Source: Euryarchaeota archaeon UBA257
GTDB lineage: Archaea > Thermoplasmatota > Poseidoniia > Poseidoniales > Thalassarchaeaceae
Assembly (NCBI GenBank): GCA_002498985.1
Contig: DAJO01000037.1
Location: 3,356 to 67,355 of the forward strand
Length of the DNA stretch: 64,000 nt
Reading direction: 5' to 3'
This document shows, one piece after another, positions 43,891-54,121 of this stretch. The stretch's first letter is position 1. The number at the start of each line of letters is the position of its first letter. The position numbers and the translations under genes are program-made. The notes below the pieces were generated by a model that had not been told where the DNA came from, ran no database searches, and saw only the letters and a program-made list of their open reading frames with translations.

Positions 43891-44382
43891 TTACTTATTC
43901 TGATAATGTATCTCTATAACATCATTATCTAACATCACATAATTTTCAAAATCTTGATTAATTTCTCCATTAACAAACATCAAAATTTCATGATTAGAGT
44001 CTACCTTATTATCGAGAATCTGTTCTGAATTGAATACCTCACCCCAGATATTGAAAAATGCTCCAATAGGAGCAGATATTTGGCTTGGTGTTTCGATATG
44101 CAGTCTTCCTGAATCATCATGAGTATGTATTCCTCGCATTCCATCAGGGCACTTAGAATCCTGTATACCAATATTCTGAGATATATATTGCTCATTCCCA
44201 TTAATTATTATCGATAAACTACTATGAGTGTGACTAATGTCGCTAGAATGGCTTCCAAGACAGGTTTCTTCTATAGCCCAAGATTCATTTTCTATCAAAT
44301 CAGTATTTCCAGTTGTACTTAAAACAATAAAAATCACAGTAGCAGCAATTGCACCACCGAACATGATTTTCTCAAAATTCAT
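43891..44382 (-). CDS. small secreted His-rich protein, hypothetical
   Basis: N-terminal signal/TM helix. HxH clusters (SHTHSS, IHTHDD) suggest metal binding. Confidence 0.45.
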   Translation of the reverse strand: MNFEKIMFGGAIAATVIFIVLSTTGNTDLIENESWAIEETCLGSHSSDISHTHSSLSIIINGNEQYISQNIGIQDSKCPDGMRGIHTHDDSGRLHIETPSQISAPIGAFFNIWGEVFNSEQILDNKVDSNHEILMFVNGEINQDFENYVMLDNDVIEIHYQNK

Positions 44383-44433
44383 GATAATGCGAACACGGTA
44401 GTTCTCTTGAACTATTAGGTCATAGGAGTATCA

Positions 44434-45060
44434 ATGACATTGTTAGGTGATAGCCCAGACTATTGGGAAACAGCGAAAAAAGAACTATCAGATAATGACA
44501 TAATACTTTCAAGAATAATAAATAAATTTGATGATTTGGAATTAATTTCAAGAGGTGACATTTTTTTCACATTAATTAGATCAATAATAGGCCAACAAAT
44601 TTCTGTTAAAGCCGCATCTACTGTGTGGTCAAGGTTTACTGAAAGGGTTGGAAATATCACCCCTGAGAATATACTATCGGTTGACTTTGAAGAATTAAGA
44701 AGTTGTGGATTATCTCAAAGAAAGGCAGAATATGTAATAGGAATCTCTGAATCTTGGCATGAATATAGCTCGTTTGATTGGGGGGGAATGGACGATGAAG
44801 AGATTATTGAAAAATTGATTAAATTAAGGGGTGTAGGGAAATGGACTGCAGAGATGATTTTGATATTTACTCTACTCCGCCCTAATGTATTTCCAATAGG
44901 AGATATAGGCATGATTAGAGGTATTGAAAAAACATATAATTCAGGGGTGAAAATGTCTAATGATGAGTTGTATGCTATTTCAGAAAAATGGAAGCCATGG
45001 CGTACTGTAGCTTGTTGTTACATGTGGAGAACAGTAGATCCAGAACCAGTAGAATATTAG
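44434..45060 (+). CDS. HhH-GPD base-excision DNA glycosylase (AlkA/3-methyladenine glycosylase II-like)
   Basis: Helix-hairpin-helix with Gly/Pro loop (LRGVGKWTAEMIL) and a conserved Asp (FPIGDIGM). Confidence 0.8.
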   Translation: MTLLGDSPDYWETAKKELSDNDIILSRIINKFDDLELISRGDIFFTLIRSIIGQQISVKAASTVWSRFTERVGNITPENILSVDFEELRSCGLSQRKAEYVIGISESWHEYSSFDWGGMDDEEIIEKLIKLRGVGKWTAEMILIFTLLRPNVFPIGDIGMIRGIEKTYNSGVKMSNDELYAISEKWKPWRTVACCYMWRTVDPEPVEY

Positions 45061-45231
45061 TTACATGCAATATCCACGTCTTGGCTGATTAGGAATAGTG
45101 GGGGCTGCTCCTGACTGGACCCCGTCGGCCTCTTCCATAATGACTGTCAATAGAGTATTGACTAGCACTTTCAAGTCTTCAACTTCGTTTTTTAGTTCTT
45201 CCACACTTACAGCGTCGCTAGTCTTATCCAT
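45061..45231 (-). CDS. candidate small protein (56 aa) missed by the >=60-aa ORF cutoff
   Basis: ATG at 45231 to TAA at 45061: MDKTSDAVSVEELKNEVEDLKVLVNTLLTVIMEEADGVQSGAAPTIPNQPRRGYCM. A TTTATAG TATA-like box lies about 55 nt upstream. The ORF sits between a terminator hairpin and a convergent gene. Heptad-like N-terminus. Confidence 0.25.
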   Translation of the reverse strand: MDKTSDAVSVEELKNEVEDLKVLVNTLLTVIMEEADGVQSGAAPTIPNQPRRGYCM

Positions 45232-45324
45232 CCCAATCCCATCTAAGGAATTTCTTCCTCAAAAGCAATTAGGTCACTAAATAGCCTATAAAGACAACAG
45301 TAAGAAATTACATGAAGATAGGGA

Positions 45325-45354
45325 TTAGTTGGGGTTTGAATTTGCCCCAACTAA
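45325..45354 (-). terminator. perfect 10-bp stem-loop overlapping the stop codon of the 2386-aa gene
   Basis: ttagttgggg-N10-ccccaactaa. On the minus strand it is followed by a pyrimidine/T-rich tract (TCCCTATCTTCATGTAATTTCTT). The stop codon TAG (45351-45353) lies in the 3' arm. Confidence 0.5.
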
Positions 45355-48300
45355 TCTTCTTCTTCGTATTCCCAATCGTCTTCTTCGTATTCTTCTTCAT
45401 CATCATCGTAGTAATAATCTTCATCGCCACGACTGCGCATTACAAGTATTGCAACAAGAGCTACAGCGATAACTGCAACACCAATAACCATGTAAAGGCC
45501 AGTGTTTGATTCCGCTTCTACGGGTAATGGTTGAACATTAATACCAGATAAGTCAATATTATTTCCATTATCATTATTCCAGTCCATCTCACCTGTTTCA
45601 GGATCTTCCATAATCAATACCAATAGAGGTTGACCCTCAGACCAAGACTCCCATTGGAATTGTGCATTGACGCTCGAAGACTGCGCACCTAGAATAATTT
45701 CAGTAGGGCCATCGGATAAGGTAGTTAGCGCCGGCGACCATTGTCCACTTTCTGGATTTAACTCGTATAAACCAACTGTGATAGAGCCTTCTCTCTTACC
45801 ATCATTTTCCCAGAATGTTTGCAGAGTTAACATCTCTCCAACCATTGGAGTAGAGGTTGGATTGATGACTACTCTAGTATATTCTGGATTAAACTTCATT
45901 ATTCTAAGAGTAGGCATTCTTGGTGCAGATTCACTACCTAGGCCAGTGACAACATTTCCTGCTCTATCGGTTGAAGTGACCCAGAAAGCAATCTGGTCGC
46001 CTTGTTCAATTGACATACCATTTAGTGGTGTAAAGTCAATATAGCCTTGATAAACATCTTTTGACTCTCCATCATCAATCATAGTTAGTTGTCCAGTATT
46101 CTCTGATCCAGCCACTGCAGTACCCGACCTTAGAATCACCCAAGCGACATCAAGAGGTCCTTCGATCATACCAATTTCATCGACCATCGTTACTGTGATT
46201 AGTACATCATTGATTAAATCCGATTCTAACAAAACTAATGATGAATCAGGATATGTTGATTGATCAAATAGTACCGTTGGAGCTTTACTGTCAACAGTCA
46301 CAGAAGCATCTGAATTAATATCTGATGAACCACCACCTGGGACATTCAAAACTTCTGTTGAAACAGACATAGTTGGATTAAGAGGGACTCTTGAAGGCAA
46401 AATCATTGAACCATCGAAACTAGCATCTTCATTTACTGATGTGACCATCTTAATTTCTTGTGTTCCATAAACTACTTCGAATTCAACTTCAAGATTTGCT
46501 GGAATATTTGCTGCTAATGCACCTGAACCAGAATGATAAACAAATCCACTCATTCGGAATTCATCCCCCTGTCCCAAGTACACCGAAACTCCTTGAGATT
46601 CTGCCTGAGGAGGAGTAAGATCTTCTATATTATCAGGGATTGCTACATACTTGTTATCAAGATACCAAGATAATTCTCCAATGTTATTCTGGTACGCTAC
46701 AGTAGTGAAATCATCAAGTATTGATACGCTAGGCTTACAAGAGTTCTGATTATTCTCCCAAGGGAAGTCCCAAGAGACTTCGAATATCATTGAAAGTTGA
46801 GTAATATCTGAAGAAACTTGCATCGTCTGCACAGAAAGTGGTGTCACGAAACTAGTTGCATCTGACCAAATAGTTCCTCTCGAAGGATCGTAGCTCATCT
46901 TTCCAAGTTCACTTATCCCATCTCCACATAGCATTATCGATATATTATCCAATGTATTTAGCCCATTGGCTTCTTCAATTTGCATAGTAAATGTATGTTG
47001 TTCACCAGGCAGTAAATACCCTAAATCACGGTCCAGTGAATAACCTGTAGACTTAATGCTGGTTGGCTCATCAGTTGCTACAACGACAGTTGCCCAAGAG
47101 TTAGATGCTCCAGGTCCTCCACCTGTACCTCCCTCTTGGTAACTCAGACCTGCCCAATCAGTACCTTCAACATACATATGGACTGGAGAATTAAAAGTTT
47201 GTTGAGAAACATCAATACCTACAAAATTAACTTGTTGCTGACCTGTCATACCAGGTGTTAATGGCTGTACCATTGACAAGTATTCGTCTTCATCAGCGAT
47301 ACCATCTCCATTGACATCATCTACTGAACCTCGCCAATATCTGAGTGTCAAAATTTCACCTCTAGCCTCAGATTCTTCGACTGTTACGAAAAGAGATAAT
47401 GGGTCCATTGGTTCCCAAACTTTACCATGAGCTGCTTTCAAACCAGATGGGGTGTTTACTTCAAGTGGCCCTGCTACAGGAGGTTCATGATCAACTCGAA
47501 CATTTACAGATGGCGGAGTTCCAGTTACATCCTCTGCCCCAAGTGAATAACCAGTAGGGCCTACTGTATTCATCATAGGTGACAGATAAACGTTAGAGAG
47601 ACCTGTTGGAGATGAAATTAGGCCAGTATATTTCCCGCCTTCTTCAGAAGTCAAAAGATAACTTAGACCGGAAATATTCAAACCAACAGTGAAATCAACC
47701 GCTTGCGGTCTAACTGCAATAGAGTCTTGGAACTTGACGGTGCCTGTGATATTTAATTCACTACCATCAGTCATCGTAAACGGATAGAATGTAGAATACT
47801 GATTTGATAGAAGCCTTCCAAATTGATCTCTGACTTCGAATGAATCAATCATCAAATCATTTTCAACCGCATTCTTTCCAGATTCACCACTATGAGATAC
47901 TGACGGCCATACTGATTCTCCTGAGGCATCGAATGCCTGAGATATCCAACGTATTGAATTAACATCATCCCACATCCAGCTAACATCAAACATCCAGTGT
48001 ATAGTGACATCATCATAGCCATCATTATGAGTTGTAATCTCTAAGAATGTTGAAGGATTCATTGGAGCAACTGATGAACCAGAAATTTGCGTAAAGGATA
48101 CCGCATCTGAACCTTGGCCCCACAAGCCATCTGCACTATTAGTAACCTCAAACATCAAAATCTCCCCATCAGAAGCGATTCCTCTGAGAGAAATCTTATC
48201 TAAATTAGAATTATCAATTAAGTGATGGTGTTGAGTAATTATTTCAACTGTCTCACCATTAGGATAAAGTGTATTTGGAACCACGAAATCTCTGTTGGTG

Positions 48301-51300
48301 ACTATATAATCGAACTTTAAGTCACCATCGATGGAAACTGATCCCTTATCTGCAGTAATATTTACTGGAATTGATACCTGAGTAGGCGGAGGATCATCTT
48401 GAGTCATAGAATCGTGATAATCAGATATTGATGTACCTAAACCTGAAACATTTTCAAATATCAAATAGCCTATTCCAATTGTTGAAATAGATACCGTTTG
48501 TGCATAATTTGACTCTAAAGTAATGGTGACATCTCGCCATTCCCTTCCTGTGTCAGTGTCTGTGTGAGATGTAGTTAGAGAGTTTATTCCTGCAATTTGA
48601 CTGTAATCTAATATGCAATGGAATATCTCTGAAGCAGAAGAACTCGTCTGACTGGATGACCCTACTGTCAAGGTAACCGGTGACTCGAATTGACCATCGG
48701 AATCAGGTGCAACTGAGATTATTCCATTATTGACCGCAGCCAGAGAGGGTAATCTCACCATTATTGAAGATGGAGTTCCAGAATCTAAGCTTATACTTGT
48801 ACCAGTTGTATGAGAATCAATACCATCTGAAACAAGCGATTGCCATCCATAATGACCGTAATCTGTACCCATTGGGAATGACCAATCTACTGAACCATCA
48901 TTAAGCATATCAACTGCAGGATTTTCTGCTGGCTCAACGAAATTGGATGAGATAACCATTCTATCAATCCAGCCATTAGTCGGTAGGGACACTGATAGAG
49001 AGAAACCTGTTTGAGGGATAGCAAAGGGTATTGATCCCTGAGAGGTTTGTCCTAATGTTGCACCAGTGAATGAATATGCAGTCACCATTAGACCACTAGA
49101 AAAGTTACCTGATAGTGTCACGCTCTTGATTGGCCTAGATGAATGGATATAATCGGAAGTAATTGTACCGGCAATAGTTGTAGCATTCAGTAATTCATCT
49201 ACTACCTCGATGCTCGGGCTGAAAGACCATCCATTATAATCTGCACTTGATGACGCAAGATATCTCTTACCACCAATACTTATTTTGGTTAATTTAGGAG
49301 AAACTTCTTCGTCACTTGTATCCATTAGAACCTTAATTCTAACTAGTTCATATTCTTCAGAATCAACTCCTGCCAAAGAGAATGGGAAGGTAACATTGTT
49401 GTAACCTGGCACAATATTATCGCTCATGTCGACTAAGCTACCTGTAATTGAAGTATTATCGGGAATTGTTGCCTCAATATCTACCCAGCCATAATTGAAA
49501 GTGTCAATATCACTCATGTCTACAGCATTACTCAACCAGTACCCACCAGCTCCATAATTAGCAATTAGGATACCAAAATTATCAATGTAGGCACCCTGAT
49601 AAGTTACTGAAGTATCTGTAGATAGACGGAATCTAAATCTTAACTCGTCACCAGCATAACTAGATAGAGGTGCCTGTCTATTTTCAAACTCTTGTTGATT
49701 ACAATCTCCATTCATCCACGCATCATGGCCATACATCTGATTACCAGAATATCCGGGTGAACCATCATACCAACCAGGAATTTGAGGGTCGAAATAATTC
49801 CAAGAACCACCATTAACCTGTATTTGAAGACCAACTGCATCCCAACTATTTTCTGTACATATCCACTTATCAAATGTCACGTATGCTAAGCCATCGTTCG
49901 GAATATCATATGTTGGAGATGTTAACAATGAGTTCTGATTATTTGCATAGTTACCATTTAAATTTGTACCATATACGTAAGGGAACGAAGGTTCATCACT
50001 AGGCCCTGCACTCATACCCAATTGACCATAGTTCCATGCAGATTGTTTTGACCAACCCGGAGCGTTATTGGTGGAAGGGTTTCCAGCAGTAGAATCTTCA
50101 AATCCATATACTTCGCTTAAAATTCCTCCAGTAAGAATGTAGTAATTCCAATCATCATATCCCAGTTGTGTGTTACCACCATAAGTATAGTACTCTTGAT
50201 AATGAGTCATCGTAGTCGGACTTTCTAAATCGTCTCTGAATAATACAGTGCCTGTATCGTCAACAACGCGAATATCTTCAAGTGTAAATCCTTCTTGTGA
50301 ATCACCAGGATAAGTACCTCCATAATGTGTGTAAGCGTCCGTATCTACTACGAAACGAATGTAAACATTAGCCTGATTTTGATAAGCGGAAGGAATATCA
50401 TATTCTACAGTCCTGATTCCGTTACTTTGGTCACCATATACTCCATCATATGAAGGATAACCAGGGATTGCACCACTACGATCTTCACAATCACTTGTTG
50501 TAGAGGAAATGGAGGAAGAAATATCATACCATGTTACATTGTTCAATGAAATCTCAATACAAGCATTATCACTAGTAGAGCCCTGTAAATCCCATTCCAT
50601 ATCTATTTCAATTGATGAAGTTGAATTAGTGCCGGTTAAATCAATTGTTCTTTGAAGTGCCCCCGCTGAATGTGCCACATAGTTGCAATACGTACCTGTT
50701 GTAGAAATACATCCATGGTGCCAAACACCAAAATCAACACCATCATTATTGAAATCAATGTTATCCAAGAACCATCCAGGCCTCTCATAAGATGCGTTAG
50801 GAGAAGTCCAAATATGGAATCTAAATTGAATTTTAGAAGCATTGTCAATATCTGGAATTGAAGATATACTTATGTTCTCACTTAGCCATCCACTGTGAGT
50901 TGCAGAAGCAAAAACTGGAACTGCTACACTTTCGGGAGCACCGTTGGGTGAAGGAGCATCTGTAGACATAGTGCTAGGATATCCTCCATCTGGAGCAATA
51001 TAGGTCCAGTCATTCCAACTACCAGTATTTATTCTATATTCAATCCATGTTCCATCTCCTCCACCTGAAGTAGTACTGTCCAAGTGATACCAATGGTCAA
51101 AAGTCATGTAAAGTCCATTGTAAGTATCTGAATCAGGTAAATCAACTTGAGGTAATAAGAAAGAGCTGCTTGTACCACGTGGAACTGCTGAGCCAGGCAT
51201 TGTACCTACTGCTACAATTCCCTCTGTTGCAGATGATGGAATTGTTCCATAAGACATTGTTTGTTCATTACCAAGATTCGTCCCATTGTGGTTAAATGTT

Positions 51301-52511
51301 GTAGCACCCCACATTTCTTGAATGTTACAGAGATAATTTGTATCTGAAATTTCGTTTGCATCTAAAATGGAATCTTCATCAGTATCCATTCCTGCATTTA
51401 CCATGTAACCTCCTAACATACATTGAGATGTAGAACCTGTACTAATCGATGTAACTGTAATCTCATAATCGAAAAATCCTCCTAAACCTGCACTAATTGA
51501 TGCTGAAGTACCGCTTGAACTAGGCACTATTGTAGGTGCACTAGTGTAGCCATTACCTCCGCTAGTAACAGACGCCTCGTAAATTGAACCAGTAGTTTCC
51601 AGCACGCTAGAAAGTTGAGCACCAGTGCCATTACTACTAGATACCAGAACATACATTGTTTGTTGTGAGATATAGCCAGATCCGCCATTACTCAGTGCTA
51701 TCGAGGTTATATTGCCATTACTGTCAACACCACCTACTGATGCGACAGCACCTGTCCCAGTACATCCACCAGGACATACGAAAGCTAGTGAATCTCCAAT
51801 CGCATATCCAGTTCCGTTATTGGAGATAGTTATACTATCGATTGCACTACTAATTGAATAAGTCCCTGAGAAGCCGCTGCCTGAACCTCCAGTTGCAGAT
51901 AATGTTCCAGCAGTGTATCCACTACCTCCACTAGTGACATTTAATGTTGTAACACTATCTTCTAATGCATTACCACTGCAATACATCAAAGTTTCAGTTG
52001 TTTCTCCAGGCGACAGAGACCCATCAAAATTATTGTCGTATCCATGGTCCACCCATGCACCTGAAAGGTTGTTACATTCTACCACTGATGTTGAAGAAGA
52101 AACCGAATAAACATGTTCCCATCCTGGAGAATAAGTGTAAATGTCATTCATTGATACATCGATATCACCTTCATCGAAAGTGCTAATATTTGACCGAGAA
52201 CCATCGTCAAGTAAAGTGATTTGTTCAATGTCTTCAACGAAATTAGTTCCAAAAAATCTACCAGAATCTAAATCTGCACCTTCCCAAACAATACCAGGAT
52301 CCATGGATGTTGCTGTTTCAGTGTTAGTTATGTGAAGCCAACCATCCTGAACTGTAGCATTTCCGGGGACTCGGAAACCAGTCAGAGTAATGCCCTCCTC
52401 GGGAGGATTTACTGAGCTTGGTCCTGTCCAAGAAGTTGTAGCAGCGGATGTTAGCGGGGCAATTATCATCAATAACACTAGAGCAAGTGCAGTCCTACGG
52501 CGGTCAGACAT
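45351..52511 (-). CDS. giant type-I membrane surface protein (2386 aa)
   Basis: Signal peptide. GSGY(T/I)-type repeats and many beta-sandwich repeats. One C-terminal TM helix followed by an extremely acidic/aromatic tail (DEDYYYDDDEEEYEEDDWEYEEED). Confidence 0.8.
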   Translation of the reverse strand: MSDRRRTALALVLLMIIAPLTSAATTSWTGPSSVNPPEEGITLTGFRVPGNATVQDGWLHITNTETATSMDPGIVWEGADLDSGRFFGTNFVEDIEQITLLDDGSRSNISTFDEGDIDVSMNDIYTYSPGWEHVYSVSSSTSVVECNNLSGAWVDHGYDNNFDGSLSPGETTETLMYCSGNALEDSVTTLNVTSGGSGYTAGTLSATGGSGSGFSGTYSISSAIDSITISNNGTGYAIGDSLAFVCPGGCTGTGAVASVGGVDSNGNITSIALSNGGSGYISQQTMYVLVSSSNGTGAQLSSVLETTGSIYEASVTSGGNGYTSAPTIVPSSSGTSASISAGLGGFFDYEITVTSISTGSTSQCMLGGYMVNAGMDTDEDSILDANEISDTNYLCNIQEMWGATTFNHNGTNLGNEQTMSYGTIPSSATEGIVAVGTMPGSAVPRGTSSSFLLPQVDLPDSDTYNGLYMTFDHWYHLDSTTSGGGDGTWIEYRINTGSWNDWTYIAPDGGYPSTMSTDAPSPNGAPESVAVPVFASATHSGWLSENISISSIPDIDNASKIQFRFHIWTSPNASYERPGWFLDNIDFNNDGVDFGVWHHGCISTTGTYCNYVAHSAGALQRTIDLTGTNSTSSIEIDMEWDLQGSTSDNACIEISLNNVTWYDISSSISSTTSDCEDRSGAIPGYPSYDGVYGDQSNGIRTVEYDIPSAYQNQANVYIRFVVDTDAYTHYGGTYPGDSQEGFTLEDIRVVDDTGTVLFRDDLESPTTMTHYQEYYTYGGNTQLGYDDWNYYILTGGILSEVYGFEDSTAGNPSTNNAPGWSKQSAWNYGQLGMSAGPSDEPSFPYVYGTNLNGNYANNQNSLLTSPTYDIPNDGLAYVTFDKWICTENSWDAVGLQIQVNGGSWNYFDPQIPGWYDGSPGYSGNQMYGHDAWMNGDCNQQEFENRQAPLSSYAGDELRFRFRLSTDTSVTYQGAYIDNFGILIANYGAGGYWLSNAVDMSDIDTFNYGWVDIEATIPDNTSITGSLVDMSDNIVPGYNNVTFPFSLAGVDSEEYELVRIKVLMDTSDEEVSPKLTKISIGGKRYLASSSADYNGWSFSPSIEVVDELLNATTIAGTITSDYIHSSRPIKSVTLSGNFSSGLMVTAYSFTGATLGQTSQGSIPFAIPQTGFSLSVSLPTNGWIDRMVISSNFVEPAENPAVDMLNDGSVDWSFPMGTDYGHYGWQSLVSDGIDSHTTGTSISLDSGTPSSIMVRLPSLAAVNNGIISVAPDSDGQFESPVTLTVGSSSQTSSSASEIFHCILDYSQIAGINSLTTSHTDTDTGREWRDVTITLESNYAQTVSISTIGIGYLIFENVSGLGTSISDYHDSMTQDDPPPTQVSIPVNITADKGSVSIDGDLKFDYIVTNRDFVVPNTLYPNGETVEIITQHHHLIDNSNLDKISLRGIASDGEILMFEVTNSADGLWGQGSDAVSFTQISGSSVAPMNPSTFLEITTHNDGYDDVTIHWMFDVSWMWDDVNSIRWISQAFDASGESVWPSVSHSGESGKNAVENDLMIDSFEVRDQFGRLLSNQYSTFYPFTMTDGSELNITGTVKFQDSIAVRPQAVDFTVGLNISGLSYLLTSEEGGKYTGLISSPTGLSNVYLSPMMNTVGPTGYSLGAEDVTGTPPSVNVRVDHEPPVAGPLEVNTPSGLKAAHGKVWEPMDPLSLFVTVEESEARGEILTLRYWRGSVDDVNGDGIADEDEYLSMVQPLTPGMTGQQQVNFVGIDVSQQTFNSPVHMYVEGTDWAGLSYQEGGTGGGPGASNSWATVVVATDEPTSIKSTGYSLDRDLGYLLPGEQHTFTMQIEEANGLNTLDNISIMLCGDGISELGKMSYDPSRGTIWSDATSFVTPLSVQTMQVSSDITQLSMIFEVSWDFPWENNQNSCKPSVSILDDFTTVAYQNNIGELSWYLDNKYVAIPDNIEDLTPPQAESQGVSVYLGQGDEFRMSGFVYHSGSGALAANIPANLEVEFEVVYGTQEIKMVTSVNEDASFDGSMILPSRVPLNPTMSVSTEVLNVPGGGSSDINSDASVTVDSKAPTVLFDQSTYPDSSLVLLESDLINDVLITVTMVDEIGMIEGPLDVAWVILRSGTAVAGSENTGQLTMIDDGESKDVYQGYIDFTPLNGMSIEQGDQIAFWVTSTDRAGNVVTGLGSESAPRMPTLRIMKFNPEYTRVVINPTSTPMVGEMLTLQTFWENDGKREGSITVGLYELNPESGQWSPALTTLSDGPTEIILGAQSSSVNAQFQWESWSEGQPLLVLIMEDPETGEMDWNNDNGNNIDLSGINVQPLPVEAESNTGLYMVIGVAVIAVALVAILVMRSRGDEDYYYDDDEEEYEEDDWEYEEED

Positions 52512-52597
52512 ATCCCTATCGTTTGTTTGTTAGATTATGAAGTTATTTCCCTAAGGTCGATGAAGATACTGAAAAATTATGTTTTTAATTCGAAAAA

Positions 52598-52672
52598 TGG
52601 AGCCACTGGGGAGAATTGAACTCCCGACCTTCCCATTACCAATGGGATGCTATACCCCTAAGCCACAGTGGC
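52598..52672 (-). tRNA. tRNA-Thr (anticodon GGU)
   Basis: A 75-nt cloverleaf read on the minus strand: acceptor GCCACUG/CAGUGGC, T-loop TTCAATT, anticodon loop UUGGUAA, encoded CCA. Confidence 0.85.
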
Positions 52673-52780
52673 GACGTCTAATCGAAAAACAATTTCGATT
52701 TAATCACTGCGGAGAGAGATTCAAAATCACAATTGAAAAGCAACAGACTCAAAATGTCATGAAGTCTCCGAGACTATGAA

Positions 52781-52866
52781 GCCGAGGTCGCATAGCCTGG
52801 TATTGCGCATGACTGGAAATCATGTGGGATTTTCCCTCGGGAGTTCAAATCTCCCTCTCGGCGCCA
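52781..52866 (+). tRNA. tRNA-Ser (anticodon GGA)
   Basis: 86 nt. Acceptor GCCGAGG/UCUCGGC with a G-U pair. Anticodon stem CATGA/TCATG with loop CUGGAAA. Long variable arm. T-arm GGGAG-TTCAAAT-CTCCC. Encoded CCA. Confidence 0.85.
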
Positions 52867-52990
52867 TCAGCCCTACTAATATATATTGTAGATCATAAAA
52901 CATAGACACATATCGTGATTTTTGGATCCCGATAAGGGAGTTACTTAATGCAGTATTTCATGTCGCACACACATAAGGGGGCTCCGTTCA

Positions 52991-54121
52991 ATGACTGATG
53001 AAACAGAAATTAGAAACCAAGAGCCAATCAGACTTAGTGAAATCACAATAAATTACAAGTTCTCCGAATATAATGAAAGACTGGATTTCTTGGATAAAAT
53101 TATGCAAGAGTCTAAATTTCATATGAAAATGATTCTAAGAGGTTGGGGGGCATTTGAATTTTCAATATTTGGAGTAGGTGTTCTAGCGATATTTTTAGGA
53201 TCATGGGATTTAGGTATAGGCGAACTTAAAAGTGGTGGAGATTATAATAGAGTTGGCACCGAAGGTATGTTATTCTTAGAGGATTTGTCTCTAATTCTAT
53301 CGCTGTTATCTATAATTGCATGGATTGGGTTTGTGATTCAGTTGTTTATTCGTTTCCCCATTATGAGAGAAAATCTTGTTTACATGATGATAGGTATGAT
53401 TGCAATACAGATAGGCTACATCTACACATTTGCCAGTAATCCAAACTTCCCTGAAAATCTAGATATAGGAATGTTAGCACCTATTATTCTAGTGAATTTA
53501 ATTTTTACATTTCTAGTGATTTTTGTGGTTCACAAAGCAGTCAGTGAGACAAGGGACGTTCATGTGATTGAGAGACATTCACACCCCGACCCGAGAGTAG
53601 TCGAAACTGCTTGGAAAGATCATAGTCTAAGATTATGGAGTTTAGGATTAGGAATCTGGATGATAATGGTCAATATTTTTTCTTGGTCTTCATCAAAATC
53701 TATAGCGCTGAGACCATTGTCTTCCGAGGCAACAGTTTTCGATTTCCCTTGGCTTTATCTTATCTGTAGTATACTTTCAATTTTCCTATTAATACATATT
53801 ATTTGGTATCCTCAATTCATGCTCGGTGCTGCTGAAGATAGGATTCAATCAGTTAGAGCAAGGGAAGTTTCTGGTGAAATAAGTCAGCAAAATTTAAACG
53901 ACATGCAAGGTATTTGTCCCATCTGTAAAGAAGAAACGCCCGCTATTCAGAAAGCTAATGGGAAGATTGTCGTGCCTTGTCAATATAATTGTGGAGGAGT
54001 CGGGACTCCGGGTTCAATATGTAATGTATGTGAAATGACATTACCCACAAGATTCGATTGTACCAATTGTAAATCTAATACAACTATTTCAAGTCATTTT
54101 AGTAGACAAGACGCATGGTAA
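52991..54121 (+). CDS. polytopic membrane protein with C-terminal double zinc ribbon
   Basis: 7-8 hydrophobic helices, then CPICKEE...CQYNCGG...CNVCE...CTNCKS. The stop overlaps the start of the downstream S8 protease (ATGGTAA), suggesting translational coupling. Confidence 0.6.
   Translation: MTDETEIRNQEPIRLSEITINYKFSEYNERLDFLDKIMQESKFHMKMILRGWGAFEFSIFGVGVLAIFLGSWDLGIGELKSGGDYNRVGTEGMLFLEDLSLILSLLSIIAWIGFVIQLFIRFPIMRENLVYMMIGMIAIQIGYIYTFASNPNFPENLDIGMLAPIILVNLIFTFLVIFVVHKAVSETRDVHVIERHSHPDPRVVETAWKDHSLRLWSLGLGIWMIMVNIFSWSSSKSIALRPLSSEATVFDFPWLYLICSILSIFLLIHIIWYPQFMLGAAEDRIQSVRAREVSGEISQQNLNDMQGICPICKEETPAIQKANGKIVVPCQYNCGGVGTPGSICNVCEMTLPTRFDCTNCKSNTTISSHFSRQDAW

Noticed and set aside
45667-46044. 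125-aa plus-strand ORF within the 2386-aa gene, and the 45098..45280 and 45312..45509 plus-strand ORFs
   Set aside because: They are antisense to, or overlap, a gene of clear architecture. 45098..45280 is Ser/Thr-rich with no start context. The minus-strand small ORF at 45061..45231 has better signals.
52598-52866. Possible tRNA-linked integrated element or genomic island
   Set aside because: No integrase, recombinase, direct repeat of the tRNA 3' end or phage-like gene was seen within the window. The downstream genes look chromosomal.
52781-52866. Intron in tRNA-Ser because of its 86-nt length
   Set aside because: The extra length is fully accounted for by the long variable arm typical of class II tRNA-Ser. 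The anticodon loop is a continuous 7 nt.
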